A stretch of 64,000 bases of DNA from an uncultured delta proteobacterium (GCA_963736855.1 CAVTQK010000021.1:1-64000), one strand, 5' to 3'. Shown: positions 19,982-31,155, counted from the stretch's first letter. Notes: generated from the letters alone by a model not told the origin. Numbers and translations are program-made.

Positions 19982-20449
19982 ATGACACCGGCCGTTAAGA
20001 TCCTGGAAAATTCCGGAGTTCCTTTTATTGTTCACCGGTATTCGCATGACCCAAAAGTTGAAGACTATGCCATGGAGGCGGCCGAGGCGCTGGGAGTTTC
20101 CCCCCATCGACTTTTAAAGACCCTGGTGATTCTATTCGACGGATGGAAAGAGGCGGTTGCCCTGGTGCCTGCTTCAAAGCGTCTCGATCTCAAGGCCGTC
20201 GCAGAGACAATGGGCGCTAAGAGCGCGGCCATGGCTTCTCCTGAAGTCGCCCAAAGAGCCACAGGTTACGTGATCGGAGGCATCAGCCCTCTGGGTCACC
20301 GAAAACCCATGCCGGTTGTTGTGGAAGAAGCCGCTTTGGATCATAAAACCCTTTATGTCAGTGCCGGGAAGCGGGGATTTCAGGTGGAGCTTGGCCCCAA
20401 GGATCTGATCAGGCTTTGCAAGGCAACGCTGGGAAAGATATCGAAATAA
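19982..20449 (+). CDS. ybaK: Cys-tRNA(Pro) deacylase YbaK
   Basis: MTPAV, KTLV, TGYVIGGISPLG and VSAGKRG. Confidence 0.92.
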   Translation: MTPAVKILENSGVPFIVHRYSHDPKVEDYAMEAAEALGVSPHRLLKTLVILFDGWKEAVALVPASKRLDLKAVAETMGAKSAAMASPEVAQRATGYVIGGISPLGHRKPMPVVVEEAALDHKTLYVSAGKRGFQVELGPKDLIRLCKATLGKISK

Positions 20450-21331
20450 ATGCCCGAGCGCCCCCTGACCAATCTTGGAGTGGCTGTCATCGGCTCCACC
20501 ACCCTGGATGAGGTATGGATTTCAGGGCAACGCACCTTCAAGATGGGAGGTGTGACCACCTACGCGGGTTTGACCTATGCGCGGTTCGGGATCCCGACCC
20601 GCATTGTCACTCGCGTGGCCGGGCATGACGCCTGGATGATCCGAAAAATGCATCAGAAAGGAATCATGACTTACGGCAACTGGGCTGGGGCAACCACCGT
20701 TTTTGTCAACTTCATGGAAGGGGAATCCCGCGAGCAAAGAATCTTATCCGTTGCAAATCCCATCCTGAAAGAGTCGATTGACAACGCACTGGACAGGGTC
20801 GATACGATTCATCTGGGGCCCCTCCACCCGGATGACATCGATCCCATGGCACTGGCCGACTTGGATGGGGAACGATTTTTCATCGTCCTGGACATCCAGG
20901 GGTATCTGCGTCAAAGGGAAGGAAACATTGTCAGACCCGCCGTGTCCCGATACCTGATGGATGCGCTGCGGGTCGCACGGATAATAAAGGGAGATTGGGA
21001 AGAGATAGCGCTGACCCTTGCTTTTTTCAATTGTCCCCTGGAGGACCTCCTGACACAATTCAGAATCCAGGAGGCGGTGGTAACGGAAGGTTACAAGGGC
21101 GGTTGGGTTCAAGATGATCAGGGTGGTTTTTTTCGTTTTCAGGGAGAGCCGATCTTTAAAGTGTCGGACCCTACAGGAGCCGGGGATGTTTTTTTTGCGG
21201 CATACGTGACCCAGCGCCGATTCAAGGGCGATGATATCGCACAGGCATCCCGGATCGCCGCCCGGATCGCGGCCCAACAGGTGGAAGGCACACATATCCG
21301 ACCCGAAACGCTTTATCCGGACGCGGATTAG
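20450..21331 (+). CDS. PfkB-family carbohydrate kinase
   Basis: N-terminal GG motif and DPTGAGDVF. Confidence 0.8.
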   Translation: MPERPLTNLGVAVIGSTTLDEVWISGQRTFKMGGVTTYAGLTYARFGIPTRIVTRVAGHDAWMIRKMHQKGIMTYGNWAGATTVFVNFMEGESREQRILSVANPILKESIDNALDRVDTIHLGPLHPDDIDPMALADLDGERFFIVLDIQGYLRQREGNIVRPAVSRYLMDALRVARIIKGDWEEIALTLAFFNCPLEDLLTQFRIQEAVVTEGYKGGWVQDDQGGFFRFQGEPIFKVSDPTGAGDVFFAAYVTQRRFKGDDIAQASRIAARIAAQQVEGTHIRPETLYPDAD

Positions 21332-22113
21332 AGATCGTATTCTCTCGAATCATCATCGGCATCCATCCAGGCAGGGAATTCGTTTCGATAAGTCGTCAGC
21401 GCTTCCCAGGAAAGGGTTTGCGTGATTGTGACGGGTTCATCGGCTTTTTCGAGGAGCACGTTTCCTTTCGGATCGATAATGGTGGAATTTCCGGAATACA
21501 AAAGGCCGTTTCCATCTTTTCCCACGCGATTGACCCCCGCAACATAGCATTGGTTTTCCACGGCCCTGGCAGCCAGGAGGGTCTTCCAGTGTTCGGATCG
21601 GGCATGGGGCCAACTGGCAATGAAAACAGCCATATCATAGGTGTTCCGCCGATTCCTGCACCAGACCGGAAAGCGTAAATCGTAACAGATGAAAGGCCGG
21701 ATCTTCCATCCGTTCAACGGGATCGTGAGCCGTTTTTCTCCGGCGGAATAGACCCTATCCTCTCCGACCATCCGGAAAAGGTGTCTCTTGTCGTAAGTGA
21801 AGAGATTGCCGTCGGGTTTGGCCCACACGAGTCGATTGAAATAACTCCCGTTTTCCCGAAAGATGATGCTTCCCGCCACGTCCGCCTTTTTCTGGGAAGC
21901 CTTTTCTCGGACCCATCGCACCCCGGAGCCGTCCATACCCTGGGCAAGCCTTTCGGCGTTCATCGTAAAGCCGGTAGTGAACATCTCAGGGAGCAGGATC
22001 AAGTCTGTCGGTTCGGATAATTGCGCTATGGTTTCTTCGAACAGGGCCAGGTTCGCATCGATATCCTCCCAAAAAAGATCGGCCTGGATCAGGGCAATCG
22101 TCAAATCCGGCAT
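21328..22113 (-). CDS. yafV: Nitrilase-family omega-amidase, YafV-like
   Basis: LPEMFTTGF, YDKRHLF, ICYDLRFPVW and ARAVENQ. Confidence 0.88.
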   Translation of the reverse strand: MPDLTIALIQADLFWEDIDANLALFEETIAQLSEPTDLILLPEMFTTGFTMNAERLAQGMDGSGVRWVREKASQKKADVAGSIIFRENGSYFNRLVWAKPDGNLFTYDKRHLFRMVGEDRVYSAGEKRLTIPLNGWKIRPFICYDLRFPVWCRNRRNTYDMAVFIASWPHARSEHWKTLLAARAVENQCYVAGVNRVGKDGNGLLYSGNSTIIDPKGNVLLEKADEPVTITQTLSWEALTTYRNEFPAWMDADDDSREYDL

Positions 22114-23243
22114 AGTCGCTCTCCCGCCTCCTTTAAGGTATCTTCTTTTTTGGCAAAACAAAACCGAAGCACCCGGTTATCTTCATGGTCGTGATAAAAG
22201 ACCGAGGGCGGAATGGCAGCAACACCGTATTGAGTTATCAGGCGTTCCGCAAAGACCGTGTCGGGTTCATTGCTGACGGCGCTATAGTCGAGCATCTGGA
22301 AATAAGTTCCCCGGCTTGGGATGACCTTAAGCCGCGAGGTCTTGATGGATTTTAAAAAAGCATCCCGTTTTTTCTGGTAAAAGGCTCCCAGTTCCAGGTA
22401 TGCCCGGCGGCGGGGGAGATAGTCGGCGTATGCCAGCTGCACCGGAGTATTGACGGCAAAAGTCAAGTATTGATGGATCTTTTGAAACTCTTCGGAAAGA
22501 CGCTTGGGCGCCACACAATAGCCCACCTTCCAGCCGGTGGCATGGTATGTTTTCCCAAATGAGCTGATGACAAAACTGCGGCAGGACAACTCCGGATAAC
22601 GGCATATGCTTTCATGGCGCAATCCGTCAAAAACGATATGCTCATAGACTTCGTCGCTGATCAGGACGATATCGGTACTTTGAACGATTTCGATCAGGGC
22701 GGCTGTGTCCGTTTCATCCAGGATCGAGCCTGTGGGATTGTGGGGAGAATTAAGAATGATCGCACGGGTTTTGGAGGAAACCTTTTTCCTGACCTCCTTC
22801 CAGTCGATCCGGTAAGTGGGAAACCGAAGTTTGAGAGGCACCGGGATTCCGCCATTGAGTCGAATCGCCGGAACATAGGCGTCATAAGCGGGTTCAAAGA
22901 GGATGACTTCATCGCCGGGGCCCGCAACAGCGGTGATGGCCGCATAAACGGCTTCTGTGGCTCCTGCTGTGATGGTGATTTCCGAGATCGGGTCATATCG
23001 TTTGCCATAGAGGGCATCCACCTTTTCCGAAATCCGCTCCCTCAACCCAAGCACCCCTTGCATGGGCGCATACTGATTGCTGCCGCTGCGCATGTGATGA
23101 AAAACCCGATCCACAAGGTCAGGCGGTACGTCAAAATCCGGAAACCCCTGGGACAAATTGATGGCACCGTTTTCATTGGCCAAGTGCGTCATGACCGTAA
23201 AAATCGTTACGCCCACATCCGGGAGCTTCGAATTTAAATTCAT
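22101..23243 (-). CDS. ybdL: PLP-dependent methionine aminotransferase, YbdL-like
   Basis: SKLPDVGVTIF, NLSQGFPDF, DEVYEH and SFGKTYHATGWK. Confidence 0.9.
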   Translation of the reverse strand: MNLNSKLPDVGVTIFTVMTHLANENGAINLSQGFPDFDVPPDLVDRVFHHMRSGSNQYAPMQGVLGLRERISEKVDALYGKRYDPISEITITAGATEAVYAAITAVAGPGDEVILFEPAYDAYVPAIRLNGGIPVPLKLRFPTYRIDWKEVRKKVSSKTRAIILNSPHNPTGSILDETDTAALIEIVQSTDIVLISDEVYEHIVFDGLRHESICRYPELSCRSFVISSFGKTYHATGWKVGYCVAPKRLSEEFQKIHQYLTFAVNTPVQLAYADYLPRRRAYLELGAFYQKKRDAFLKSIKTSRLKVIPSRGTYFQMLDYSAVSNEPDTVFAERLITQYGVAAIPPSVFYHDHEDNRVLRFCFAKKEDTLKEAGERLCRI

Positions 23244-23374
23244 CTTGAATTCCTTGGATGAAAGGATTTTTGTTCTAAGCCTTGACAATCAAGGCATCCA
23301 ATGCCTATTTTTAAAACTTATATATATCATAGACAGTGGCTATTTTTAAAACTAAATTATGGAGTGATAAGAAG

Positions 23375-24217
23375 ATGGCGACAATCATGGAGCAAGTTCC
23401 CGAAGAGGACAAGCGCAGACAACAACAGCGGCAGCAGGAAACCAATCTTAAGGCCGCCTTGGCCGGTATTAAAAATAAGTTCATCGTCATGAGCGGGAAA
23501 GGCGGAGTCGGAAAAACCTCTGTATCGGTCAACTTGGCCGTGGCGTTGTCCAAAAAAAATTTAGAAGTCGGCCTCATCGACGTGGATTTACATGGTCCCG
23601 ATGTATTGCGGATGCTCGGACTTCGAGGATTGTTGGGGGTCAGCGCCAATCAAAAACTCATCCCCATGAGCTACAATAAACATCTTAGGACGATATCCGT
23701 GGAGTCCTTTATCCAAAACAGGGACGATGCCATCATCTGGAGAGGGCCTTTGAAGCATCAGGCCATCCAGCAGTTTATCAGCGAAGTGGATTGGGGGCAC
23801 TTAGACTTTCTCATCATCGACTCTCCTCCCGGCACAGGAGACGAGCCTCTCACCGTGGCCCAAATCGTTCCGGGTGCAAAGGCCATCATCGTGACCACCC
23901 CTCAGGAGATTGCCCTGGCAGATGTCCGAAAATCCATCAACTTCTGCAGGACGGTGAAGATGGAGATCTTCGGGGTAGTGGAAAACATGAGCGCTTTCAG
24001 CTGTCCCCATTGCAGCAAACCGATCTCACTTTTCGGATCCGGCGGTGGTCAGAAAGTCGCCTGCGATATGGGGTTAACCTTTTTAGGCAAAATCCCGTTT
24101 GATCCCGGCATGGTCACCTGTGGAGATTCCGGAACCTGTTACCAGGAGCATCACGACGATTCCGAGGTATCCAAAGCCTTTGCGGCCATAGCGGACAAGA
24201 TGTCCCTCCTGGTGTGA
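23375..24217 (+). CDS. mrp: Mrp/NBP35 (ApbC) Fe-S carrier ATPase
   Basis: SGKGGVGKT, DSPPGTGD and ENMS...CPHC. Confidence 0.92.
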   Translation: MATIMEQVPEEDKRRQQQRQQETNLKAALAGIKNKFIVMSGKGGVGKTSVSVNLAVALSKKNLEVGLIDVDLHGPDVLRMLGLRGLLGVSANQKLIPMSYNKHLRTISVESFIQNRDDAIIWRGPLKHQAIQQFISEVDWGHLDFLIIDSPPGTGDEPLTVAQIVPGAKAIIVTTPQEIALADVRKSINFCRTVKMEIFGVVENMSAFSCPHCSKPISLFGSGGGQKVACDMGLTFLGKIPFDPGMVTCGDSGTCYQEHHDDSEVSKAFAAIADKMSLLV

Positions 24218-24220
24218 GGC

Positions 24221-25057
24221 ATGTCCACGGTATTCAGAATCACCACCCTCGTGGAGAACACTGTGCCCAAGGGCAAGGGTCTTATCGGTGAACACGGTCT
24301 TTCTTTTTTTATCGAGGCTGGGGATCGAAAAATCTTGTTCGACACGGGACAAGGTTTTGCCTTGGCGAAAAACGCCGAGGCGATGGGAATCGACCTTTCG
24401 ACCGTCGACGTCGTAGTGCTCAGTCATGGGCATTATGATCATACCGGCGGTTTGAATGCGCTGCTTTCAGTTAATCGTCACTTCAAATTGTATGCGCACC
24501 CGGAAATATTTGTCGAAAAATTTGCGGATAGAGACGGGCAGTTGAGGCCCATCGGGTTTGCCAATACTCGAAAATCTCTTGAACAGATGGGGATTCAGGT
24601 GGTTTTAGACGAAAACCCTATGGAGATTGTCCCGGGAATCACCACCACCGGTGAGGTTCCTATGAAAACCCCCTATGAAACCATCGATTCGGCACTGGTC
24701 GTGCGACAGGGTGAGACATTGGCGCCCGACCCTTTGAGAGACGATCTGTCTCTGGTCCTGCACACCCAAAAAGGTAAGATAATCCTTCTGGGCTGTGCCC
24801 ACCGGGGTGTAATCAACATCCTAACGCATGTTCAAAACCTTTACGGGAAAACAAGGCTTTTGGCTGTAGCGGGGGGGCTTCATCTGATGGGAGCTTCGGA
24901 AGCTCGGCTGAAAATGATCATTGAAGACCTTGAAGCGTTTTCTCCGGAACTACTGGCAGCGGGTCACTGCACAGGATATCCCGCCATCTTAGCGCTTTGG
25001 GCTGCCTTTAAAGAAAAGTTCCGCCTGAATCAGGTGGGAAGTGTGATTGAGATCTGA
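24221..25057 (+). CDS. MBL-fold metallo-hydrolase
   Basis: GEHGLS, LFDTG, SHGHYDHTGG, GCAHRG, GGLHL and GHCTG. Confidence 0.88.
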   Translation: MSTVFRITTLVENTVPKGKGLIGEHGLSFFIEAGDRKILFDTGQGFALAKNAEAMGIDLSTVDVVVLSHGHYDHTGGLNALLSVNRHFKLYAHPEIFVEKFADRDGQLRPIGFANTRKSLEQMGIQVVLDENPMEIVPGITTTGEVPMKTPYETIDSALVVRQGETLAPDPLRDDLSLVLHTQKGKIILLGCAHRGVINILTHVQNLYGKTRLLAVAGGLHLMGASEARLKMIIEDLEAFSPELLAAGHCTGYPAILALWAAFKEKFRLNQVGSVIEI

Positions 25058-25082
25058 AAGCTGCCGGAAGCTATGTGGCGAT

Positions 25083-25604
25083 CTAAAGCATCTTACGCAG
25101 CTCTTCCTTGCTCGGAATCATTTTTTGCTCGAAATCCCTCCAAAACGCCTTGTCCTTTTCCTTCCAGTTAGACCCGAACTTCTCGTTGAAAAAAGGCGTT
25201 AGGCTGGTAAACCATTCGCCGGCCTTTTTCCCTTTTTGGTGGGAAATAAAAAGATCGGCCAGATACTCGGCGATATCCACCATCTTATCTTTAGGCAGAT
25301 ACGCGTAGGCGCCCTCCTTGATGGACTTGACCAGATTGTCGGGGGTTAATGCATGGGCGGTGAGCATGATGGCAGGGATGCTCATTTCGTTGGCAACCTT
25401 GAGGAGTCGGTACCCGTCCACACCCATGATATCCAGGATGACGGCATCGTAAGCTCCACGGCGAAGGTTTTTTTCTCCGATCTTAAAGTCCTTGGCGGTT
25501 TCAACGAGGCACATGTCCAAAAGGTCGGTGATGGTATCCAGGATATCCGGTTCATCATCCACCACCAGGATCCGCTTGCCCTTTAACATGCGGGTGCTTT
25601 CCAT
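25083..25604 (-). CDS. Response regulator (receiver plus short helical tail)
   Basis: ILVVDDE, ILDIMGVDG, MLTAHA and YLPK. Confidence 0.88.
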   Translation of the reverse strand: MESTRMLKGKRILVVDDEPDILDTITDLLDMCLVETAKDFKIGEKNLRRGAYDAVILDIMGVDGYRLLKVANEMSIPAIMLTAHALTPDNLVKSIKEGAYAYLPKDKMVDIAEYLADLFISHQKGKKAGEWFTSLTPFFNEKFGSNWKEKDKAFWRDFEQKMIPSKEELRKML

Positions 25605-25802
25605 ATGATCCTCCTTTTTCGGTACCTTAACCCAGATCCTTCGGACCTGATAAAAAGGGTGTTTTAAAAATGATTCCACCCCCGATCAAGAGAGCTGAAT
25701 TAGCATATTTAACGGTTAAGGCATGTTCACTACAAAGTCAATGAAAGTTATTGCTGAATGCGAGTCGCCGATTAATCGATTTCGGAGCGCGAAGCCCTAT
25801 TT

Positions 25803-25985
25803 TTATTCGGTGCTTTTAAGTTTTTTAAGTTCTGCAAGAATGCTGTCCCGCTCTTCTTCCAGTTCGAAAAGCTCGTGCATAATGGGAGGTTTTACAGAAT
25901 GGGCCGGCATGCGGGTCTCCACTTCCCGGATCTTTTTTTCGATTTCGGTCAGCCTTCTCTTCAAATCTTTAAAGGAATCGCTCAT
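25803..25985 (-). CDS. Small coiled-coil hypothetical protein
   Basis: RMPAHSVKP motif; start overlaps the upstream stop (ATGA). Confidence 0.65.
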   Translation of the reverse strand: MSDSFKDLKRRLTEIEKKIREVETRMPAHSVKPPIMHELFELEEERDSILAELKKLKSTE

Positions 25986-26851
25986 GGTTTTCCCGCGTCG
26001 CCTGTATCCTTGCATACGGACGGTTTGATCCATGTACCGTCCTTCAGGTAGTCTGTGGTGATTTTTTTAAGTTGATCTTTTTGCTCCAGGAAACGGGCTT
26101 TCATCCCCATGAGCCACTCCCGATGTCTCACCGCAGATTCCTTCGAAAGGAATATATCGTGGCTGCTCGGGCGGATATCAAAGAATACCGGACCTTCTTT
26201 TCGGAATGTACCGGGGTTGCTGCAGAGCATGCACCGGATGCGGCCATCCCCCATAAACCGGAAGGTGTCGCCGCCGCAAACCGGGCAGGTCGGGCTTTTT
26301 GAAGGAAGAGGGGAGCCAAAAAGGGATGATGCCAGGTTTGACAACACGGTTTCATTGTTCTTATTGAAGAAAATTTCTCCGGGTAAAGCTCCGTAAAGAA
26401 TTTCACACCCTTTGATATGCGTCAGCAGCAATCTTAAAAAATTTTGGATCCCCAAAAGTGTGTATCCTTCCTTTTCCGGGATGCCGGCGATCCCGATGCC
26501 CACCGCGGGTTTTCCCCACAGCGTTTCGATATGAGGAAACAGGGAAAGCCCCCGGTCCAAAAGGTGTTTCAAGGTGGCGTTGGGTCCCAGGAAATAAGTG
26601 GGAGCGGCTACGATCAGGGCGTCGGCTTCGAACAGGGCCTCCCAGATGAGGGGCAGGTCGTCCTGAATGACGCATCGGCCCTCCTTGAAAAGGCAAGTAT
26701 AGCATCCTCTGCAGGGCCGGATGTCGAAATCGGAAATGCGCAGGATCTTGAGTTCATGGGGCTGACTGATGTGGCGGCTGACGGCTTTTACAGCGATTTC
26801 GCAATTGCCGAGTTTTCTGGGTGAACCGATAATGCCGAGGATGGTTTTCAT
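25982..26851 (-). CDS. Iron-sulfur flavoprotein / flavodoxin family with a C-terminal CxxC pair
   Basis: GSPRKLGN, CRGCYTC-x6-C, APTYF and CPVC...CMLC. Confidence 0.85.
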   Translation of the reverse strand: MKTILGIIGSPRKLGNCEIAVKAVSRHISQPHELKILRISDFDIRPCRGCYTCLFKEGRCVIQDDLPLIWEALFEADALIVAAPTYFLGPNATLKHLLDRGLSLFPHIETLWGKPAVGIGIAGIPEKEGYTLLGIQNFLRLLLTHIKGCEILYGALPGEIFFNKNNETVLSNLASSLFGSPLPSKSPTCPVCGGDTFRFMGDGRIRCMLCSNPGTFRKEGPVFFDIRPSSHDIFLSKESAVRHREWLMGMKARFLEQKDQLKKITTDYLKDGTWIKPSVCKDTGDAGKP

Positions 26852-27006
26852 ATAAGGTGAATTTCCTTTCTTATGGGTGTCGTTATAAGAGATTGATCCT
26901 GAATCACAACATCGGGGGAGTCAAGCTCAAAGAAAAGCTCAAAGAAAAGGATGCTTTTGGCAAATACCCTTGATCTTGTGAGGGGTTTTTGGTTAGAAAG
27001 GACCTC

Positions 27007-27927
27007 ATGGAGAAAGATCCTGATTTGCAGGTGACGGTTGCCGGAATCCGCATGAAAAATCCCGTGATGACGGCTTCCGGAACCTTTGGGTACGGTCGGG
27101 AATATGCGGATGTGGTGGACCTGAACCGGCTGGGAGCCATTGTTGTGAAGGGGCTGCATTTAAATCCTGCCAAAGGAAATCCACCCCCCCGTATTGTCGA
27201 AACGCCCTGTGGCATGCTCAATGCCATCGGTTTGGAGAATGTCGGCATTCAGGCCTTCGTGAATGAGAAGCTGCCGTATCTGAGGACTCTGAATATTCCG
27301 GTCATCGTCAATATTTACGGGCACATCGTTGAGGAATACGTTGAAGTGGCTGCGGTGGTGGAAGGCGAACCCGGAATCACCGGTATAGAAGTCAACATTT
27401 CCTGCCCCAACATCAAGGAAGGGGGAGTGGCGTTCGGCGTAAATCCCAAAAGCGTTCATGGCGTCATCGCGGCGGTTCGAAAGGCGACGAAAAAACCGGT
27501 CATCGCCAAGTTATCCCCCAACGTTACCGACATCGCGGAAATCGCCAAAAGCGCGGAAGCGGCCGGAGCTGATGCGGTGTCGCTCATCAATACAATCACC
27601 GGAATGGCTGTGGATATCGAATCCCGTCGGCCGAAGCTGGCCAACATCACCGGCGGGCTTTCCGGGCCGGCCATCAAGCCGATCGCCTTGCGCATGGTCT
27701 GGCAGACAGTTAAAAGTGTTGCGATTCCGGTAGTCGGTATCGGCGGCATCATGACGGCCCGAGATGCCCTGGAGTTTCTGGTGGTCGGTGCCAGCGCGGT
27801 TCAGGTCGGCACAGCCAACTTCGTGAATCCCCGGGCTACCCTTGACATTCTGGAGGGGATCGAGGCATTTATGGTCGAAAAGGGGATTCAACGGATTTCG
27901 GAGATCATCGGCTCGTTTCAGATTTGA
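27007..27927 (+). CDS. pyrD: Dihydroorotate dehydrogenase, family 1B catalytic subunit
   Basis: ASGTFG, NAIGLEN, NISCPN, KLSPN and [10 protein letters not shown]. Confidence 0.95.
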   Translation: MEKDPDLQVTVAGIRMKNPVMTASGTFGYGREYADVVDLNRLGAIVVKGLHLNPAKGNPPPRIVETPCGMLNAIGLENVGIQAFVNEKLPYLRTLNIPVIVNIYGHIVEEYVEVAAVVEGEPGITGIEVNISCPNIKEGGVAFGVNPKSVHGVIAAVRKATKKPVIAKLSPNVTDIAEIAKSAEAAGADAVSLINTITGMAVDIESRRPKLANITGGLSGPAIKPIALRMVWQTVKSVAIPVVGIGGIMTARDALEFLVVGASAVQVGTANFVNPRATLDILEGIEAFMVEKGIQRISEIIGSFQI

Positions 27928-27963
27928 GGCCCGTTCTTTATTTTCGGTCACAAAGGAGGCGAC

Positions 27964-28528
27964 ATGAGAACCCTTATCAAGCTTGTTATAATTATTTTTT
28001 CCCTGACTGCAGGTGTTTCTGAAGGCGTTGAGGTGGGTGGGGTTAACCTGCCGGATACGTTATTATCTGGGGATACGAAATTGATTTTAAACGGTGCGGG
28101 GTTGCGAAAGAAGCTTTTCGTGAAGGTGTATGCAGCAGGCCTTTACCTTGAGGAAAAGCAAAGCGATCCGACGGCCATCATCCAGGCGGATCGGCCCATG
28201 GCCATCCGGATGCATTTCATCTACGATGGGGTGACTCCCAAGCAGCTCGTCGATACCTGGAATGAGGGTTTTGCCGCGTCTACCGGAGATAAGAGGGCCT
28301 CCCTCCAGGACAGACTCAATACGTTCAACGGCTTTTTCACGGAAAAAGCACAAAAGGGCGATCGGTACGATCTGAGTTTACCTGACGGAAGAGGGGGTTA
28401 CCCTTTTCATCAACCAAAAGCGCATAGGTACGGTTCCCGGGCTCGATTTCAAGAAAGCTCTTTATGCAATCTGGCTCGGAGAGAAACCCGCGGATGCCGG
28501 TCTGAAATCCGGGTTACTGGGAAAATAA
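27964..28528 (+). CDS. Chalcone-isomerase-like periplasmic protein with a +1 frameshift near 28376
   Basis: LNGAGLRKKLFVKVYAAGLY; the shifted frame continues ...PGLDFKKALYAIWLGEKPADAGLKSGLLGK to a stop at 28528. Confidence 0.8.
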
Positions 28529-28937
28529 GGAATCAGATGCATCCTGCTAAAATCGGAGTCAAGAGAAGGTTCCGCTCCGGTTTTGCATCTTCATGATTTG
28601 ACATCGCATGGCTCAATATTCGGATCAATCGGAAATGGGGTCAGCCTCAGTAAGAAGCAATCAAAAAGCGAATTGAATCCCTCCGACGAGAAGGAATAAC
28701 CCTTGTCCCTGTAGACAGGGAATCGATTATGATTTATTTTAGCGAAAACCGGACTGCACCTAACGCCGGCCACCGGTGGGCGTCACATGAATTTAATCGG
28801 TATTCCGGTTGAAGCCGTTGATCCGGATGACTAGTTTATATCTAATACTGATGACTTTACTGGCGATTTTACCATGGCGGACATTGCAAGGTTCATCAAC
28901 CCGAAGATCTCTTGAAACCGAAAAGGAGAATCCTGGC

Positions 28938-29705
28938 ATGCACATCGACGATCCGGCCGTGTCCCGTTTTGTTTTCCACCCACGGCAAGAGCCATGTAGT
29001 CAGGGTTCGGTCGGTATTGCCACCCTCACGGCCTGCGGTGGTGAAAAAATCGGAGGGTATCTATATTTGCACCCGAAGAGCCGGGTGCTTATAATTTTCT
29101 TCCACGGAAATGGAGAGATTGCCGCTGACTACGATGATCTTTCCCGGTTATATGTGGCCTGCGGTGTCTCCTTTTGGGTAGTCGACTACCGAGGATATGG
29201 AAAAAGCACCGGCACACCGTCTTACATCCAAATGTTTGCCGACGCAGAGGAGATACTCCAGGATATCGGAGGGATTGAAAAGATCGCGGGGCGATCTTTC
29301 GAGCGTGTAGTGGTCATGGGCCGATCTCTGGGGAGTGCATCGGCCATTTTTTTGGCCGCAACCCACCCGGATAGGTTGAGCGCTCTCCTGCTCGACAGCC
29401 CTTTCGCCGACGGTCCGGCTTTGATCCGCCGGCTTGGCGGGCCGCACCTTTCCGCTCAAGCACTTTCCGGAGGAGACAACATCGACTGGATTAAAATCAT
29501 CCGCCAGCCCTGTCTGATCATCCATGGTACACAAGACTGGATCATCCCTGTTTCCGATGCAGAAACCCTCTATGAAGCCTGCCCGAGCCGGGAAAAGAAG
29601 CTGGTGAAAATCGATGGGGCAGGCCACAACGATCTGTTGATGCGGGGGATGGACGTTTACTTCGCAGAGATCAAGGCCCTGATTGAGTCGATCGCACGCA
29701 AATGA
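28938..29705 (+). CDS. Alpha/beta hydrolase
   Basis: FHGNGE, DYRGYG, GRSLG, HGTQD and GAGHN; AGGAG RBS. Confidence 0.88.
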   Translation: MHIDDPAVSRFVFHPRQEPCSQGSVGIATLTACGGEKIGGYLYLHPKSRVLIIFFHGNGEIAADYDDLSRLYVACGVSFWVVDYRGYGKSTGTPSYIQMFADAEEILQDIGGIEKIAGRSFERVVVMGRSLGSASAIFLAATHPDRLSALLLDSPFADGPALIRRLGGPHLSAQALSGGDNIDWIKIIRQPCLIIHGTQDWIIPVSDAETLYEACPSREKKLVKIDGAGHNDLLMRGMDVYFAEIKALIESIARK

Positions 29706-29883
29706 AAGAGGGATGGATATATAGCCCTCTAACGATAGGAAATGATACCTTAGACTCGTTGATGTCCGGAGTTGAAGATATCAAGATCAAAGCGTCGCAT
29801 ACAGTCGGGCATGAAGCCGGAAGCAATGCCAAAATACGCTTGCATTGGGAACATTACCTTTATCACAACAGAAGGAAAGCGAA

Positions 29884-30696
29884 ATGAACATCAGTGATCT
29901 TTTAGGAGCAGTGATGCAATCCGGTATGACATCTTCATCCAACCAGCGGTTGAAGAGCGCGATGGGAGGCGGCAGCGGAGGCCTGCTGGAAAGTTTGGGC
30001 GGTTTGCTCGGTGGACAGCAGAGCGGTGGTGTAGGAGACGTGCTTACCAGTGCGCTGGGTGGCGGCGGAGGTGGCTTGGGAGATATCTTGGGGGATGTAT
30101 TGAACCAGGCGGGGCAGAAGGTGGGAGGAAAGCAGAATCTGGCTCTCGGCGGATTGGGAGCGCTGGCCGGTGCGCTTTTGGGCGGTGGCGGCAGATCATT
30201 GGGAGGTGCCATCGGCGGAGGGGTGATGGCGCTTTTGGGCGCGATGGCTTTTAAAGCGCTCAAAGGGAGCGGCCAAAGTGTGGAGCGGGTTCCCTTGGGG
30301 CTCCTAAGACCTAAGACTGAGGCAGACCAAAAAGAATTGGAGCAACACAGTGAGCTTGTGCTGAAGGCCATGATCAATGCAGCCAAGGCGGACGGCCAGA
30401 TCGACGAAGAAGAGATACAGCGGATTGTCGGCAAACTGCGGGAAGTCGGGGCGGATAGCGAAGGACAGCGTTATGTCATGACACAGATGCAGAAGCCATT
30501 GGAAACCGAGAAGCTGATATCTGCGGCCAAAGGGCAGCCGGAACTGGCAGCACAGATTTACGCCTCCTCTCTCATGGCTATCGAGGTGGACACATTGGCC
30601 GAGAAGGCGTATTTGACGAAACTGGCTTCCGGACTGGGACTCACTCCAGAGGTGACCCGACGCATCGAGCAAATGGTTGGACTGCAACCTGTTTGA
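29884..30696 (+). CDS. DUF533 / TerB-like membrane protein
   Basis: Gly-rich N-terminus, AMINAAKADGQID and EKAYL...LGL. Confidence 0.8.
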   Translation: MNISDLLGAVMQSGMTSSSNQRLKSAMGGGSGGLLESLGGLLGGQQSGGVGDVLTSALGGGGGGLGDILGDVLNQAGQKVGGKQNLALGGLGALAGALLGGGGRSLGGAIGGGVMALLGAMAFKALKGSGQSVERVPLGLLRPKTEADQKELEQHSELVLKAMINAAKADGQIDEEEIQRIVGKLREVGADSEGQRYVMTQMQKPLETEKLISAAKGQPELAAQIYASSLMAIEVDTLAEKAYLTKLASGLGLTPEVTRRIEQMVGLQPV

Positions 30697-30951
30697 TTGA
30701 AGGTCTAATTTCAGGGTTAAGCATCAACTCATATACTCAAAATTTATTGTCTTCATCTGAGATCGGGAGAAAGCTTTCATCCTTAGGTGAAGCCTGTCTA
30801 TCGATTTTTTCACAAAAGGGTTAGAGGGATAAGGGGTCAAGTTCCTGAGTTCATTTAACTTGAAACCCACTTAAACAGGCTTATAGTAGTTGTCATTAAA
30901 AAGGCTTTTGGGCGTTTAAACTGAAACCGCACAAACAAAAGGGGAAATCCG

Positions 30952-31155
30952 ATGAAACAACCAAGCAAAAGCGCCGGCAAACTCAAAGAGCTCATTAATC
31001 ATGCCATTAGGGATCTTGAAGTAACACCGCAAGAGTATCAGAATATCATGGATCTTGCTCAAAATGACAGCATCCTCGACAATGAAGAAAAGGCTCTGTT
31101 GGCTCAGTTTCATCAGATGTTGAGCAACGGAACCCTTACCAGGGTACGAGGCTGA
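30952..31155 (+). CDS. Small hypothetical protein
   Basis: 67-aa helical ORF with a GGGG RBS. Confidence 0.6.
   Translation: MKQPSKSAGKLKELINHAIRDLEVTPQEYQNIMDLAQNDSILDNEEKALLAQFHQMLSNGTLTRVRG

Noticed and set aside
28758..28822. Integron attC site (ACCTAAC...CCGG...CCGGTTGAAGCCGTTG)
   Set aside because: No complementary GTTRRRY core, no other attC and no integrase in the window; at most a decayed remnant
29964..30240. Gly-rich GGC repeats
   Set aside because: Low-complexity coding sequence of the DUF533 protein
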